Positions 18,729 to 26,965 of a stretch of DNA of 31,253 bases are shown here, piece after piece. The notes below the pieces were generated by a model. The model did not search any database and was not told where the DNA came from. It worked only from the letters and a program-made list of their open reading frames with translations. The stretch is from IMG/VR virus record IMGVR_UViG_2919361683_000002, positions 145,711 through 176,963 of that record. One strand, 5' to 3'. The translations under genes were made by a program, and so were the position numbers. Within the stretch, counting starts at the first letter, position 1. Every line of letters starts with the position of its first letter. Source of the stretch: a virus.

Positions 18729-18744
18729 TAAAATCCTGATTTTA
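18729..18744. repeat. Palindromic junction site 7 (TAAAA-TCCTGA-TTTTA)
   Basis: Intergenic, upstream of the parM promoter. Confidence 0.75.
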
Positions 18745-18774
18745 TCAGTTTTAAAATATAAAAATAATTAAATA

Positions 18775-18803
18775 TATACAAGAATAAAAAGCCGTGATAT
18801 AAT
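18775..18803 (+). promoter_or_regulatory. sigmaA-type promoter of the parM operon
   Basis: TATACA-17 nt-TATAAT with extended TG. Confidence 0.7.
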
Positions 18804-18814
18804 TATCTTATAGA

Positions 18815-18874
18815 ATGTATTACATTGTATGACACTGATGGTCACTATCATACTTTGATACTCATTGTATTTGG
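18815..18874. repeat. Degenerate 10-bp-period repeats, candidate parC centromere/operator
   Basis: ATGTATTACA TTGTATGACA CTGATGGTCA CTATCATACT TTGATACTCA TTGTATTTGG between the promoter and the parM RBS. Confidence 0.55.
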
Positions 18875-18884
18875 AGGTAATATC

Positions 18885-19850
18885 ATGGCTTTAAATGTAG
18901 TGAAAAATTTAAGCGTGATTGATCTTGGGTTCAGCTATACCAAGGGAAAGACGGGCAATATAATGTACCTTCAGCCCTCAATCTCTGGCGATGTTCAACC
19001 AATGTTCGAAGAAAACATTAAACCAAATGATTTTTTCTATAATGAAGAATTATTCGTGGGGAATCTTGCACTAAGGCACAGTGAGATTAAATATTTCACG
19101 CTAAAAAATAATAAGAGTGAAGCGATGACTTCCGATGTCTTATTGAAAACTGGTTTAGGATATTTAAACAAAAACAATCCATTTAATATGGTAACCGGAT
19201 TGCCTGTTTTATTTTACTTTAATCAAAAAAACGATATGGAAAAGATGTTGGACAGAATTAACACAGAAAATGCTTATAGTCTCAAAAAAGGCAGGGGAAA
19301 TTATTCGGAGGTTAAACTCTCTATAAATAAATATAAACTTGTTCCACAGGGATATGGCATAGCAATGGATTATCTACTAGATAGTAAAGGAAAGATTCAA
19401 AAAGTACATATCGCAAATAAGAAGATATTGGTGGTTGATTTAGGATTCTACACTCTAAATTTTTTGGGACTAGATAGATTAGAAATCATGAAAGAGTCAA
19501 CAAGCTTATTGCTGGGAGTAGAAAAAGCATATCAGTTATTGCGTAAGTACCTAATGAATACTATAGGTAAGGCTCCAGCTATTTATGAACTGGACAAGCA
19601 TGTGATAAGTGGAATATATGAAGGTAGAAATATAAAACCTTTAATAGCAAAAGCGTTTAGGTCATTAGCGATCCAAATTCAAAATGAAGTTGAAGGGTTA
19701 AACATAGATTTTGATCATTATTTAATTGGTGGAGGTGCAGCACATCAGATTTTTAACATGCTTGATTTTCACAATAAGATACTTTTCGATCAGCTTGCAC
19801 AAATAAGAGGGTATGAAAAAATTGGAGTTAGAGCATGGGGAAGAAATTGA
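18885..19850 (+). CDS. ParM/StbA-family actin-like ATPase
   Basis: IDLGFSYTK, VTGLP, PQG, VDLGFYT and IGGGA actin-fold motifs; ATG 18885 behind GGAGG. Confidence 0.9.
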   Translation: MALNVVKNLSVIDLGFSYTKGKTGNIMYLQPSISGDVQPMFEENIKPNDFFYNEELFVGNLALRHSEIKYFTLKNNKSEAMTSDVLLKTGLGYLNKNNPFNMVTGLPVLFYFNQKNDMEKMLDRINTENAYSLKKGRGNYSEVKLSINKYKLVPQGYGIAMDYLLDSKGKIQKVHIANKKILVVDLGFYTLNFLGLDRLEIMKESTSLLLGVEKAYQLLRKYLMNTIGKAPAIYELDKHVISGIYEGRNIKPLIAKAFRSLAIQIQNEVEGLNIDFDHYLIGGGAAHQIFNMLDFHNKILFDQLAQIRGYEKIGVRAWGRN

Positions 19851-20116
19851 TTAGTGCAAGACTCAGAAACGGAAAAGACGATGATCTCAAAAAGGCACTG
19901 AGTAAACTTCCTGTATATTACGATGAGAGCGACATCGTAAGAGAAGCGCTAAGACAGTTTTTATTCGGACACAAGGGAAGAAAACCTAAAATATTGGGGA
20001 GCAAAGTTGCAATTGATGATGAAGATGTCATGGACACTAACATATTATTAGAAGAAGATGATTCTATTTCACAATCAGATCTTGATAAAAGTTTGGATGA
20101 TTTTATCGGGATTTAG
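19835..20116 (+). CDS. Ribbon-helix-helix DNA-binding protein with acidic tail (ParR-like adaptor)
   Basis: N-terminal strand ISARL followed by two helices ending SDIVREALR; overlaps the parM 3' end. Confidence 0.75.
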   Translation: MGKKLISARLRNGKDDDLKKALSKLPVYYDESDIVREALRQFLFGHKGRKPKILGSKVAIDDEDVMDTNILLEEDDSISQSDLDKSLDDFIGI

Positions 20117-20134
20117 TAGACCTTGGTCTACTAA
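20113..20134. repeat. Inverted repeat TTAGTAGACC-TT-GGTCTACTAA
   Basis: Perfect 10-bp arms overlapping the stop of the ParR-like gene. Confidence 0.7.
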
Positions 20135-20166
20135 TACATAAAAAAATATTTAATAAGGAGTATTTA

Positions 20167-20694
20167 ATGAGTACAAATTACAATGTATATATGTTTTTGA
20201 ATTCAAATTCTGAAGTAATCTATATTGGAAAGACAAAGCAAATCATTGAGAGAATGGAAGCTCAACATTTTACTAAGTCGGGTCATTGCCCAACGTCCTG
20301 TTACTTGGAGACATCAGAAATATGGCATGCAAATACAAAAAGTGAATCAGAAATGGCTATTTATGAAATATATTTAATAAACAAATATAAGCCTAAATAT
20401 AATAAATCACTTTTATATAGAGACGAAGATAACTCTGAGAATCACCTTTTGCCAGATTTAAGTTGGAGTAAATACAAGAAAGAAATTTTAATTGAAACTT
20501 CAAAAAAGGAAACAAAAAAATCAAAAGAAGTTGCGGCTAAGGCAAGACTAAGACCGGGAAAAGATGACGATCTAATTGAAGCATGGAACAATATTCCTGC
20601 ACACAATGATAAATCCGATGTAGTTAGAGAGGCGTTACGGTTATTATTCTTCGGCAAAGCAAATCCTTCTGACATTGATCAAAGCATTTCATAG
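20167..20694 (+). CDS. GIY-YIG nuclease domain fused to a C-terminal ParR-like RHH domain
   Basis: VY...IYIGKT...R...H...E...PKYN pattern; C-terminal ARLRPGKDDDL...SDVVREALR is paralogous to 19835-20116. Confidence 0.8.
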   Translation: MSTNYNVYMFLNSNSEVIYIGKTKQIIERMEAQHFTKSGHCPTSCYLETSEIWHANTKSESEMAIYEIYLINKYKPKYNKSLLYRDEDNSENHLLPDLSWSKYKKEILIETSKKETKKSKEVAAKARLRPGKDDDLIEAWNNIPAHNDKSDVVREALRLLFFGKANPSDIDQSIS

Positions 20695-20905
20695 AAGAAT
20701 CAAAACAGAATCTATAAAATAATCGCGGGGAAGGTAATAGAATATTTAAAGAAGTGAATAGTTCCATTTTAAAAGTGCACTTCGATCTACAATGCACAAT
20801 TTAAGGGAAGTCACAAGGATTAAAGTAAATTAAAAGTTGAATATCTGAAGTTCTTAGTGAATAAGTGTTATGTTAATGGCGTTAAATATTTGAACAAACA
20901 TACCT

Positions 20906-20935
20906 GCATGTTGTAGACCATATTAGGCATATACT
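20906..20935 (+). promoter_or_regulatory. Candidate mother-cell (sigmaE/sigmaK-type) promoter of phage spoVK
   Basis: GCATG-17 nt-CATATACT resembles the sigmaE consensus ATa-N16-18-CATAcaaT. Confidence 0.5.
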
Positions 20936-20957
20936 GTCACAACGAGAGGTGATTACT

Positions 20958-21932
20958 GTGGATGAAAGCTCTAGAAGGATTACTGTTAATGAATCAAGAA
21001 TTAATGTTGTCTTTAAAAGTCAAGAGGCTTATGAAACAATTTCGGAGCAAAATGAAGAAGTTCCATTAACCAGTAATCATTACGAATCCGCAGCAGACAT
21101 ATTTAAGGATTTAGACGACATGATTGGACTTGAAAAGGTAAAAGAACTTGTGTACGAAATTTATGCATTGATACAGGTACAAAAACTTAGAAGTGAAGAA
21201 GGTCTTAAAAGTAGTAATCAGGTATACCATATGATATTCAAAGGGAATCCCGGTACAGGGAAGACGACAGTGGCAAGAATAGCTTCTAAATTGCTAAACA
21301 GAATGGGTATCCTTAGTAAAGGTCATCTAATTGAAGTAGAGCGAGCAGACTTAGTTGGAGAATACATTGGTCACACCGCACAAAAAACACGAGATCTTGT
21401 TAAGAAGGCTATGGGAGGTATTCTTTTTATTGATGAAGCCTACAGTTTGGCTAGAGGAGGAGATAAAGATTTTGGAAAGGAAGCTATAGACTGTCTTGTA
21501 AAAGTCATGGAGGATAGAAGCGATGATTTAATAATTATCCTTGCTGGATATCCAGATGAGATGGGGATGTTTCTTAGAACAAATACAGGTCTTCCATCCC
21601 GGTTTCCAATACAAATAGATTTTCAGGATTACACAACAGATGAACTAATGTTAATTGCAGTAAAGATGGCATATGAAAAAGACTACAACATTACCTCTGA
21701 TGCACTGATAAAGCTAAGAGAAATAATCCAGATTGAGAAAGACTCAAGAAGTAATTTTAGTAATGCACGTTATGTTCGTAATGTGATTGAAAAAGCGATT
21801 CGACACCAAGCTGTCAGAATAATGAGTAGACGTGTGAAGATTTCTAAGCAAAATTTAATGGATATTTTGCCACGAGATATATCAAATTCAAATGTTGAAA
21901 TGAATAAAAGAGAATCTATCATATTGCCATAA
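20958..21932 (+). CDS. spoVK: Phage-borne full-length SpoVK-like AAA+ ATPase (CbbX/SpoVK family)
   Basis: HMIFKGNPGTGKTT Walker A, ERADLVGEYIGHTA, LFIDEAYSL Walker B, GLPSRF, FSNARYVRN. Clearly homologous to the host remnant at 29447-29854. Start GTG 20958 behind GAGAGG (track 20949). Confidence 0.9.
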   Translation: MDESSRRITVNESRINVVFKSQEAYETISEQNEEVPLTSNHYESAADIFKDLDDMIGLEKVKELVYEIYALIQVQKLRSEEGLKSSNQVYHMIFKGNPGTGKTTVARIASKLLNRMGILSKGHLIEVERADLVGEYIGHTAQKTRDLVKKAMGGILFIDEAYSLARGGDKDFGKEAIDCLVKVMEDRSDDLIIILAGYPDEMGMFLRTNTGLPSRFPIQIDFQDYTTDELMLIAVKMAYEKDYNITSDALIKLREIIQIEKDSRSNFSNARYVRNVIEKAIRHQAVRIMSRRVKISKQNLMDILPRDISNSNVEMNKRESIILP

Positions 21933-21949
21933 ATTAAATTGTATTTGTC

Positions 21950-22007
21950 CATAAAGAACAATCATACTTAATTAACTTAGCTAGAAATCCATCGATTGTT
22001 CTTTATG
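21950..22007. repeat. 14-bp perfect inverted repeat with 30-nt loop downstream of phage spoVK
   Basis: CATAAAGAACAATC ... GATTGTTCTTTATG. Confidence 0.7.
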
Positions 22008-22064
22008 AAGCCTCATAAATATTTAAGGGGGTGAGAGGTGCAAAGTATTCATATTAGATTTTAT

Positions 22065-22080
22065 TAAAATCAATATTTTA
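22065..22080. repeat. Palindromic junction site 8 (TAAAA-TCAATA-TTTTA)
   Basis: Directly upstream of the RBS of 22101-22490. Confidence 0.75.
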
Positions 22081-22100
22081 TAAAGAAGGGCGATGCCAAT

Positions 22101-22490
22101 TTGAAATTTAGTGATATTTCCCCCGATGGAATTCCATTTGAGAAATTAGATGTTGAAATGAAAGAAATCATAAAAATACTTAATTTGGATTATGGAATAA
22201 AAACAAAGTACTGCTGCTTTGGACACGAAGATAGGGCTATCATGTACATTATGTTTCATGAAGAAATGAATGATCTAATAGAAGAACTGGCTTTCAAGAT
22301 ATCGGAGCACACAGAAGGAAAAGATTTTGGATTTCATTGCTGGATAAGAAAAGGTAAAAAGGTAGAAAAAAATTGGATCTGTAAAACTAATGGAGCTAAA
22401 AGCCAGAATGAGCGCTACCGAATTCTTCAAAAATTTATTGAAGTTTTGAAGAATAGTGTCGTGATCGATGTAAAGGAGTGTGTTGATTAA
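22101..22490 (+). CDS. Hypothetical phage protein (LN..GIKT..CCFGH motif)
   Basis: TTG start behind GAAGGG; overlaps the dnaE start. Confidence 0.7.
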   Translation: MKFSDISPDGIPFEKLDVEMKEIIKILNLDYGIKTKYCCFGHEDRAIMYIMFHEEMNDLIEELAFKISEHTEGKDFGFHCWIRKGKKVEKNWICKTNGAKSQNERYRILQKFIEVLKNSVVIDVKECVD

Positions 22491-25400
22491 TTTGTGTGAA
22501 AAGTGTAATTCGATTTTGCTCCATAATCATGTCGATAGGGGTTCAAACTTAAGGCTTAGAGATACAACAAATCGAGTGGAAGAGCTGATACAAACAGCTT
22601 ATGATATGGGACATAAGGGAGTTGCTATAACAGATCATGAATCCATCTCAGCTCATGTTAAAGCAATTCAAGCAACAGAAAAACTAAAGCAAGAAGGCAA
22701 GATACATAAAGAATTTAAGCTAATATTAGGTAATGAAATTTATTTGGTGGAGAGCCTTGCAGAAGTAAGAGATAACTATAAATCTGGAGTTACTAAATTT
22801 CCGCATTTTTTGTTATTAGCTAAAGATGAAATTGGTCATGAACAGCTTCGCTATATGAGCTCAAAGGCTTGGTCTGATTCATTTTTCACAGGCCCAATGT
22901 TAAGAACACCAACAGAACGCAGCTTTTTACGATCAGTTATAAAAGAAAATCCAGGACATTTGATTGCTTCGTCTGCATGTTTAGGTTCACCTCATTGCAT
23001 ATACCTTTTGGAAATGAAATCACATTTAGAAAATAACAATAGAGAAGAAGCAAAAAAAAGCTATAAAAAAGTATGTGATTTTACAAATTGGTGTATCGAA
23101 GTATTCGGAAAAGAAAATTTTTATTTAGAGCTGCAACCTGCCTACAGTGAGGAACAGATTTATTGCAACAAGCAATTGCTTCTATTGGCTGATAAATTTG
23201 ATCTTAAATACATAGTAACAACAGATAGTCATTATCTGCGTCCTGAAGATCGAATTGTACATAAAGCATTTCTGAATGCAAAAGAAGGAGAACGGGAAGT
23301 TGATTCATTTTATGAGGCAACCTTTGTACAAAATCACGAGGAGATAAATGCTCGCTTAAGTTATCTAAGTCACGATGTGATAATGAAAGCATTAAACAAT
23401 ACAATAGAAGTCGGTAACAAGATTAAAGATTATACTATTTTAAACCCAACGATTATCCCTAAAATCGATCTTCCAAACTTCGAAATTAGTGGATTATTTC
23501 GTTCAATTTATTCTCAGTATGAATATATAGATAAAATGGCTCACTCGAATAATAGTCAAGATAGATACATAGTAAAATTAATAGAGGATGGATTTAGAGA
23601 GTATCTTCCATACAACACCTACTCGAAAGAAAAATTGCATGAAGTAGCCGCTAGAATTAACACTGAATTAGGTGAACTATGGAAGATATCTGAGAAAATG
23701 AATCAATCAGTAGCAAGTTACTACATTACAGTTCGAGAAATTGTAAATGTTATTTGGGATGATGAGTGTGGGAATAGTTTGGTTGGCCCATCTCGTGGCT
23801 CTTCTGCTGGGTACTTAATTTGCTTCCTCTTGGGAATTACTCAAGTCAATCCTTTAGAGTATGGCATCGAAATGCCGCATTGGAGACACTTGACAGCAGA
23901 GAGACCCGAATTTCCAGATATTGATATCGATACTGAAGCAGCAAAACGGAATCAGATCTTCAGACAACTAAAGAAGTACTTTGGTGAAAACCAAGTTCTA
24001 CAGGTTTGCACATTTGGTACAGAAGCATCAAAATCTGCTGTACAAACAGCAGCTAGAGGGTTAGGGATTGATAATGATACGGCTATGTATGTATCTGGAC
24101 TAATTCCTTTTGAAAGAGGCAGCAGTTGGACGTTATCAGATTGTGTTACTGGAAATGAAGAAAAAGAACGTAAGCCAGTTAAAGAGTTTGTTACTGAAAT
24201 AAATAAATTTGATAATTGGCTCAATGTGGCAATGAAAATTGAGGGACTAGTAAACAAAAGAAGTATTCATGCTAGTGGTGTAATAGTTTTCAATGAAGAA
24301 TATTATAAAACTAATGCTATGATGACTGCTCCCAATGGTACTCATGTAACGCAACTTAGCCTAGAAGACTGTGAAGCCGTATCAAATATGAAATTTGACT
24401 TGTTGACAATTGAGGGTTTGGATAAGATCCGTGTAGCAATGGATTTTTTAATTAAAGAAAATCTTATGGAATGGCAAGGGTCAATTCGCAAAACTTATAA
24501 CAAGTACCTGCATCCCAATATAATTGACATAAAGAGCCAAGAAATATATGACCTAATTGGTTCGGATAGTATAACTGATCTTTTTCAGTTTTCCACAGAA
24601 ATAGGAATACAAACCGTAAAAAGAACTAAACCATCTAATCTAATCGAACTAGCTGCTGCAAACTCACTTATGCGTCTTATGGGTGACCATAACAGCGAAA
24701 CACCAATTGATAGCTTTATCAGATTTAAAAAGGATATTAATGAATGGTACAAGGAATTGCACGAGAATTTTTTAAACGAAGAAGAAATAGAGACCATGAA
24801 GAATCATTTACTTGCATTGAATGGAGTAGCAGACACACAAGAGTCTATAATGCTTCTTTCAATGGATAAAAAAGTGGCAGGATTTACAATTCAAGAAGCA
24901 AATAAGCTCAGGAAAATTATTGCAAAGAAAAAAGCAAATGAAATCGAAGACATAAAGAATAAATTTTATGAAAAAGGATTGGAGTTGAAAAATAGAAAAG
25001 AGATCCTAGATTACGTCTGGAATAAACAAATAGTTAGACAGTTAGGATATTCTTTCTCTGTATTACATACCTTGGCTTATTCAATTATCGCGTTGCAGGA
25101 AGCTAACTTGAATAATATTTACGATCCTATTTATTGGAGAACAGCTTGTTTAACTGTAAACTCTGCTTCCATTCACGATGAAGATGGAGATGAAGATACT
25201 AAAACACAATCCACAAACTACGGGAAAATTGCTTCTGCAATTGGGAACATGCAGAGCCGTGGCGTAAAAATAGGTCTTCCTGATATAAGCAAAGCCGATT
25301 ATGGATTTATTCCCGATACAGAGTTTAATCAAATTGTTTTTGGACTAAAAGGAATCAATGGCATTGGTGATGATGTTGTTCAGAACATTATTAAACATAG

Positions 25401-26430
25401 ACCATATAAATCTTTTGATGATTTTATCGAGAGGATGTTTAATACCTCAATCATCAAAAAATCCCAAGTAATTCAGTTGATTAAAGCAGGTTGCTTTGAA
25501 TCTTTTGGTAATCGTTTAGAAATTATGAAGCAATTTATACATAAGATTTTTACACCTAAACAAAAAGTTACTATGCAGAACTTTAATGCTCTTATTGAAA
25601 ATAATTTGATTCCAGAAGATATGTCCCAATATAAGAGACTGTTCAACTTTAGAAAGTACGTTATCAAAAATGTCTATGGTAAAGAAGGTAAAGAGAAGCT
25701 TTACTTGCTCGATAAAATTTCCACTCCTTTTTATTATGAGTACTTTTCAGGAGAAGCTATAAAAGATTATCATAATAATTTCCCAATCATAGCAGAACGA
25801 ACATTCAAAAAAGAATACGATAAAAAGATGGAAGGAATAAAGAGTTGGTTAACTGAGGATACTACTCTGTCTCTTTTAAATTCGAAGTTATATAAGAATG
25901 AGTGGAACAGTTTAGCATCTGGAACATTGAGTAAATGGGAGATGGACTCTTTATCATTTTACTATACAGAACATGAACTCCAAAACATTGACACATTCAA
26001 ATACGGAATTGTTAACTTTTTTGAATTACCTGAAGAACCAATAGTTGTTGAAATGATTCAATATAGAAATGGATCAACCAGACCTAAATTCAAATTGGAT
26101 TTTATTGCTGGGACTGTATTAGATAAAGACAAAAATAAAAATACAGTAACGATCCTTACAACAACAGGTGTAGTTACTGCAAAATATTATGATGGTGCTT
26201 TTGCACATTACAATAAACAAATATCAAAACTGAAACCAGATGGGACTAAAGAAATTATTGAAAAATCATGGTTTACGCGTGGCAATAAGTTGATCCTGTT
26301 TGGATATCGTAGAGGTTCACAGTTTAGACCGTACAACTATAAAGACTCAAGAGTTAAACATACCACTATGTTTATTGATGAAATTAGAGAAGATGGTTCG
26401 GTAAAAGTAACTACTGAGCGAAAAAGCTAA
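22480..26430 (+). CDS. dnaE: Phage DNA polymerase III alpha subunit (C-family)
   Basis: PHP domain (HNH, AITDH, TTDSHY), GPSRGSSAG, catalytic PDIDID, SIHASG, KFDLL, GYSFS..H..AY, FGLKGINGIG. Confidence 0.95.
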   Translation: MLINLCEKCNSILLHNHVDRGSNLRLRDTTNRVEELIQTAYDMGHKGVAITDHESISAHVKAIQATEKLKQEGKIHKEFKLILGNEIYLVESLAEVRDNYKSGVTKFPHFLLLAKDEIGHEQLRYMSSKAWSDSFFTGPMLRTPTERSFLRSVIKENPGHLIASSACLGSPHCIYLLEMKSHLENNNREEAKKSYKKVCDFTNWCIEVFGKENFYLELQPAYSEEQIYCNKQLLLLADKFDLKYIVTTDSHYLRPEDRIVHKAFLNAKEGEREVDSFYEATFVQNHEEINARLSYLSHDVIMKALNNTIEVGNKIKDYTILNPTIIPKIDLPNFEISGLFRSIYSQYEYIDKMAHSNNSQDRYIVKLIEDGFREYLPYNTYSKEKLHEVAARINTELGELWKISEKMNQSVASYYITVREIVNVIWDDECGNSLVGPSRGSSAGYLICFLLGITQVNPLEYGIEMPHWRHLTAERPEFPDIDIDTEAAKRNQIFRQLKKYFGENQVLQVCTFGTEASKSAVQTAARGLGIDNDTAMYVSGLIPFERGSSWTLSDCVTGNEEKERKPVKEFVTEINKFDNWLNVAMKIEGLVNKRSIHASGVIVFNEEYYKTNAMMTAPNGTHVTQLSLEDCEAVSNMKFDLLTIEGLDKIRVAMDFLIKENLMEWQGSIRKTYNKYLHPNIIDIKSQEIYDLIGSDSITDLFQFSTEIGIQTVKRTKPSNLIELAAANSLMRLMGDHNSETPIDSFIRFKKDINEWYKELHENFLNEEEIETMKNHLLALNGVADTQESIMLLSMDKKVAGFTIQEANKLRKIIAKKKANEIEDIKNKFYEKGLELKNRKEILDYVWNKQIVRQLGYSFSVLHTLAYSIIALQEANLNNIYDPIYWRTACLTVNSASIHDEDGDEDTKTQSTNYGKIASAIGNMQSRGVKIGLPDISKADYGFIPDTEFNQIVFGLKGINGIGDDVVQNIIKHRPYKSFDDFIERMFNTSIIKKSQVIQLIKAGCFESFGNRLEIMKQFIHKIFTPKQKVTMQNFNALIENNLIPEDMSQYKRLFNFRKYVIKNVYGKEGKEKLYLLDKISTPFYYEYFSGEAIKDYHNNFPIIAERTFKKEYDKKMEGIKSWLTEDTTLSLLNSKLYKNEWNSLASGTLSKWEMDSLSFYYTEHELQNIDTFKYGIVNFFELPEEPIVVEMIQYRNGSTRPKFKLDFIAGTVLDKDKNKNTVTILTTTGVVTAKYYDGAFAHYNKQISKLKPDGTKEIIEKSWFTRGNKLILFGYRRGSQFRPYNYKDSRVKHTTMFIDEIREDGSVKVTTERKS

Positions 26431-26441
26431 AGGAGAATAAC

Positions 26442-26570
26442 ATGATGGACAAGATGAGCAAACATAAGATTGAAAGTATTTTGAATCGAAAGCTTAGCGA
26501 GAAAGAGTATAAAGAGATTGTATCTATCGTACTGAACAAGCTTCTAGAGGAAAGCAATAATGAACAATAA
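26442..26570 (+). CDS. Small hypothetical protein (42 aa), not in ORF track
   Basis: AAGGAG RBS right after the dnaE stop; overlaps the next start. Confidence 0.55.
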   Translation: MMDKMSKHKIESILNRKLSEKEYKEIVSIVLNKLLEESNNEQ

Positions 26571-26787
26571 TCTCGACAGATTTGAAACTCAATATCAGAA
26601 GTATAGATTTCCTGATACACAAGATAAGGAGGTGAATAGGTTTTCAACTTGTGCGGGATGTAATGAAGATATCTTAGTTGGAGATGAAATATTGATCTTG
26701 TTTGATGGTTTGACTGTTCACGATGACTACGGTTGTCTAAAGAAAGCAAATGGAGCAAAAAGAATTATTACTGGAGAGGAATGGTAA
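26560..26787 (+). CDS. Small putative zinc-binding protein
   Basis: CAGC...H...C pattern; RBS GAGG. Confidence 0.6.
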   Translation: MNNNLDRFETQYQKYRFPDTQDKEVNRFSTCAGCNEDILVGDEILILFDGLTVHDDYGCLKKANGAKRIITGEEW

Positions 26788-26788
26788 T

Positions 26789-26965
26789 TTGAATTTAGTT
26801 GGTCATAATATTCAACTTGTTAAAGAATTGAAGATACATACATTAAAAAGACTTGAGATGTACAATAAATATGGATTTATAAAGGAAGAGAAGTATGAGG
26901 AACTAGTAAAGCTAGAAACAGATTATTTGGATGATCGATTGAAGATGATGGAGAGCTTGCTATGA
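26789..26965 (+). CDS. Small hypothetical protein
   Basis: TTG 26789 behind GAGGA; ATGA overlap with recU. Confidence 0.55.
   Translation: MNLVGHNIQLVKELKIHTLKRLEMYNKYGFIKEEKYEELVKLETDYLDDRLKMMESLL

Noticed and set aside
20167-20694. Free-standing homing endonuclease or UvrC
   Set aside because: Lacks NUMOD/HTH homing tails and UvrC domains; the C-terminus is instead a ParR-like paralog.
13610-20786. Degenerate junction-site look-alikes (GTAAAA at 13610 and 18670, GAAAA-CTTAAT-GTTTA near 18685, TAAAA-GTGCAC-TTCGA near 20770)
   Set aside because: Two or more mismatches or wrong spacing; not distinguishable from AT-rich background, so not counted.
22480-26430. Intein in DnaE
   Set aside because: No C/S...HN-C/S/T splice pattern or LAGLIDADG block noticed; length is compatible with a phage DnaE.
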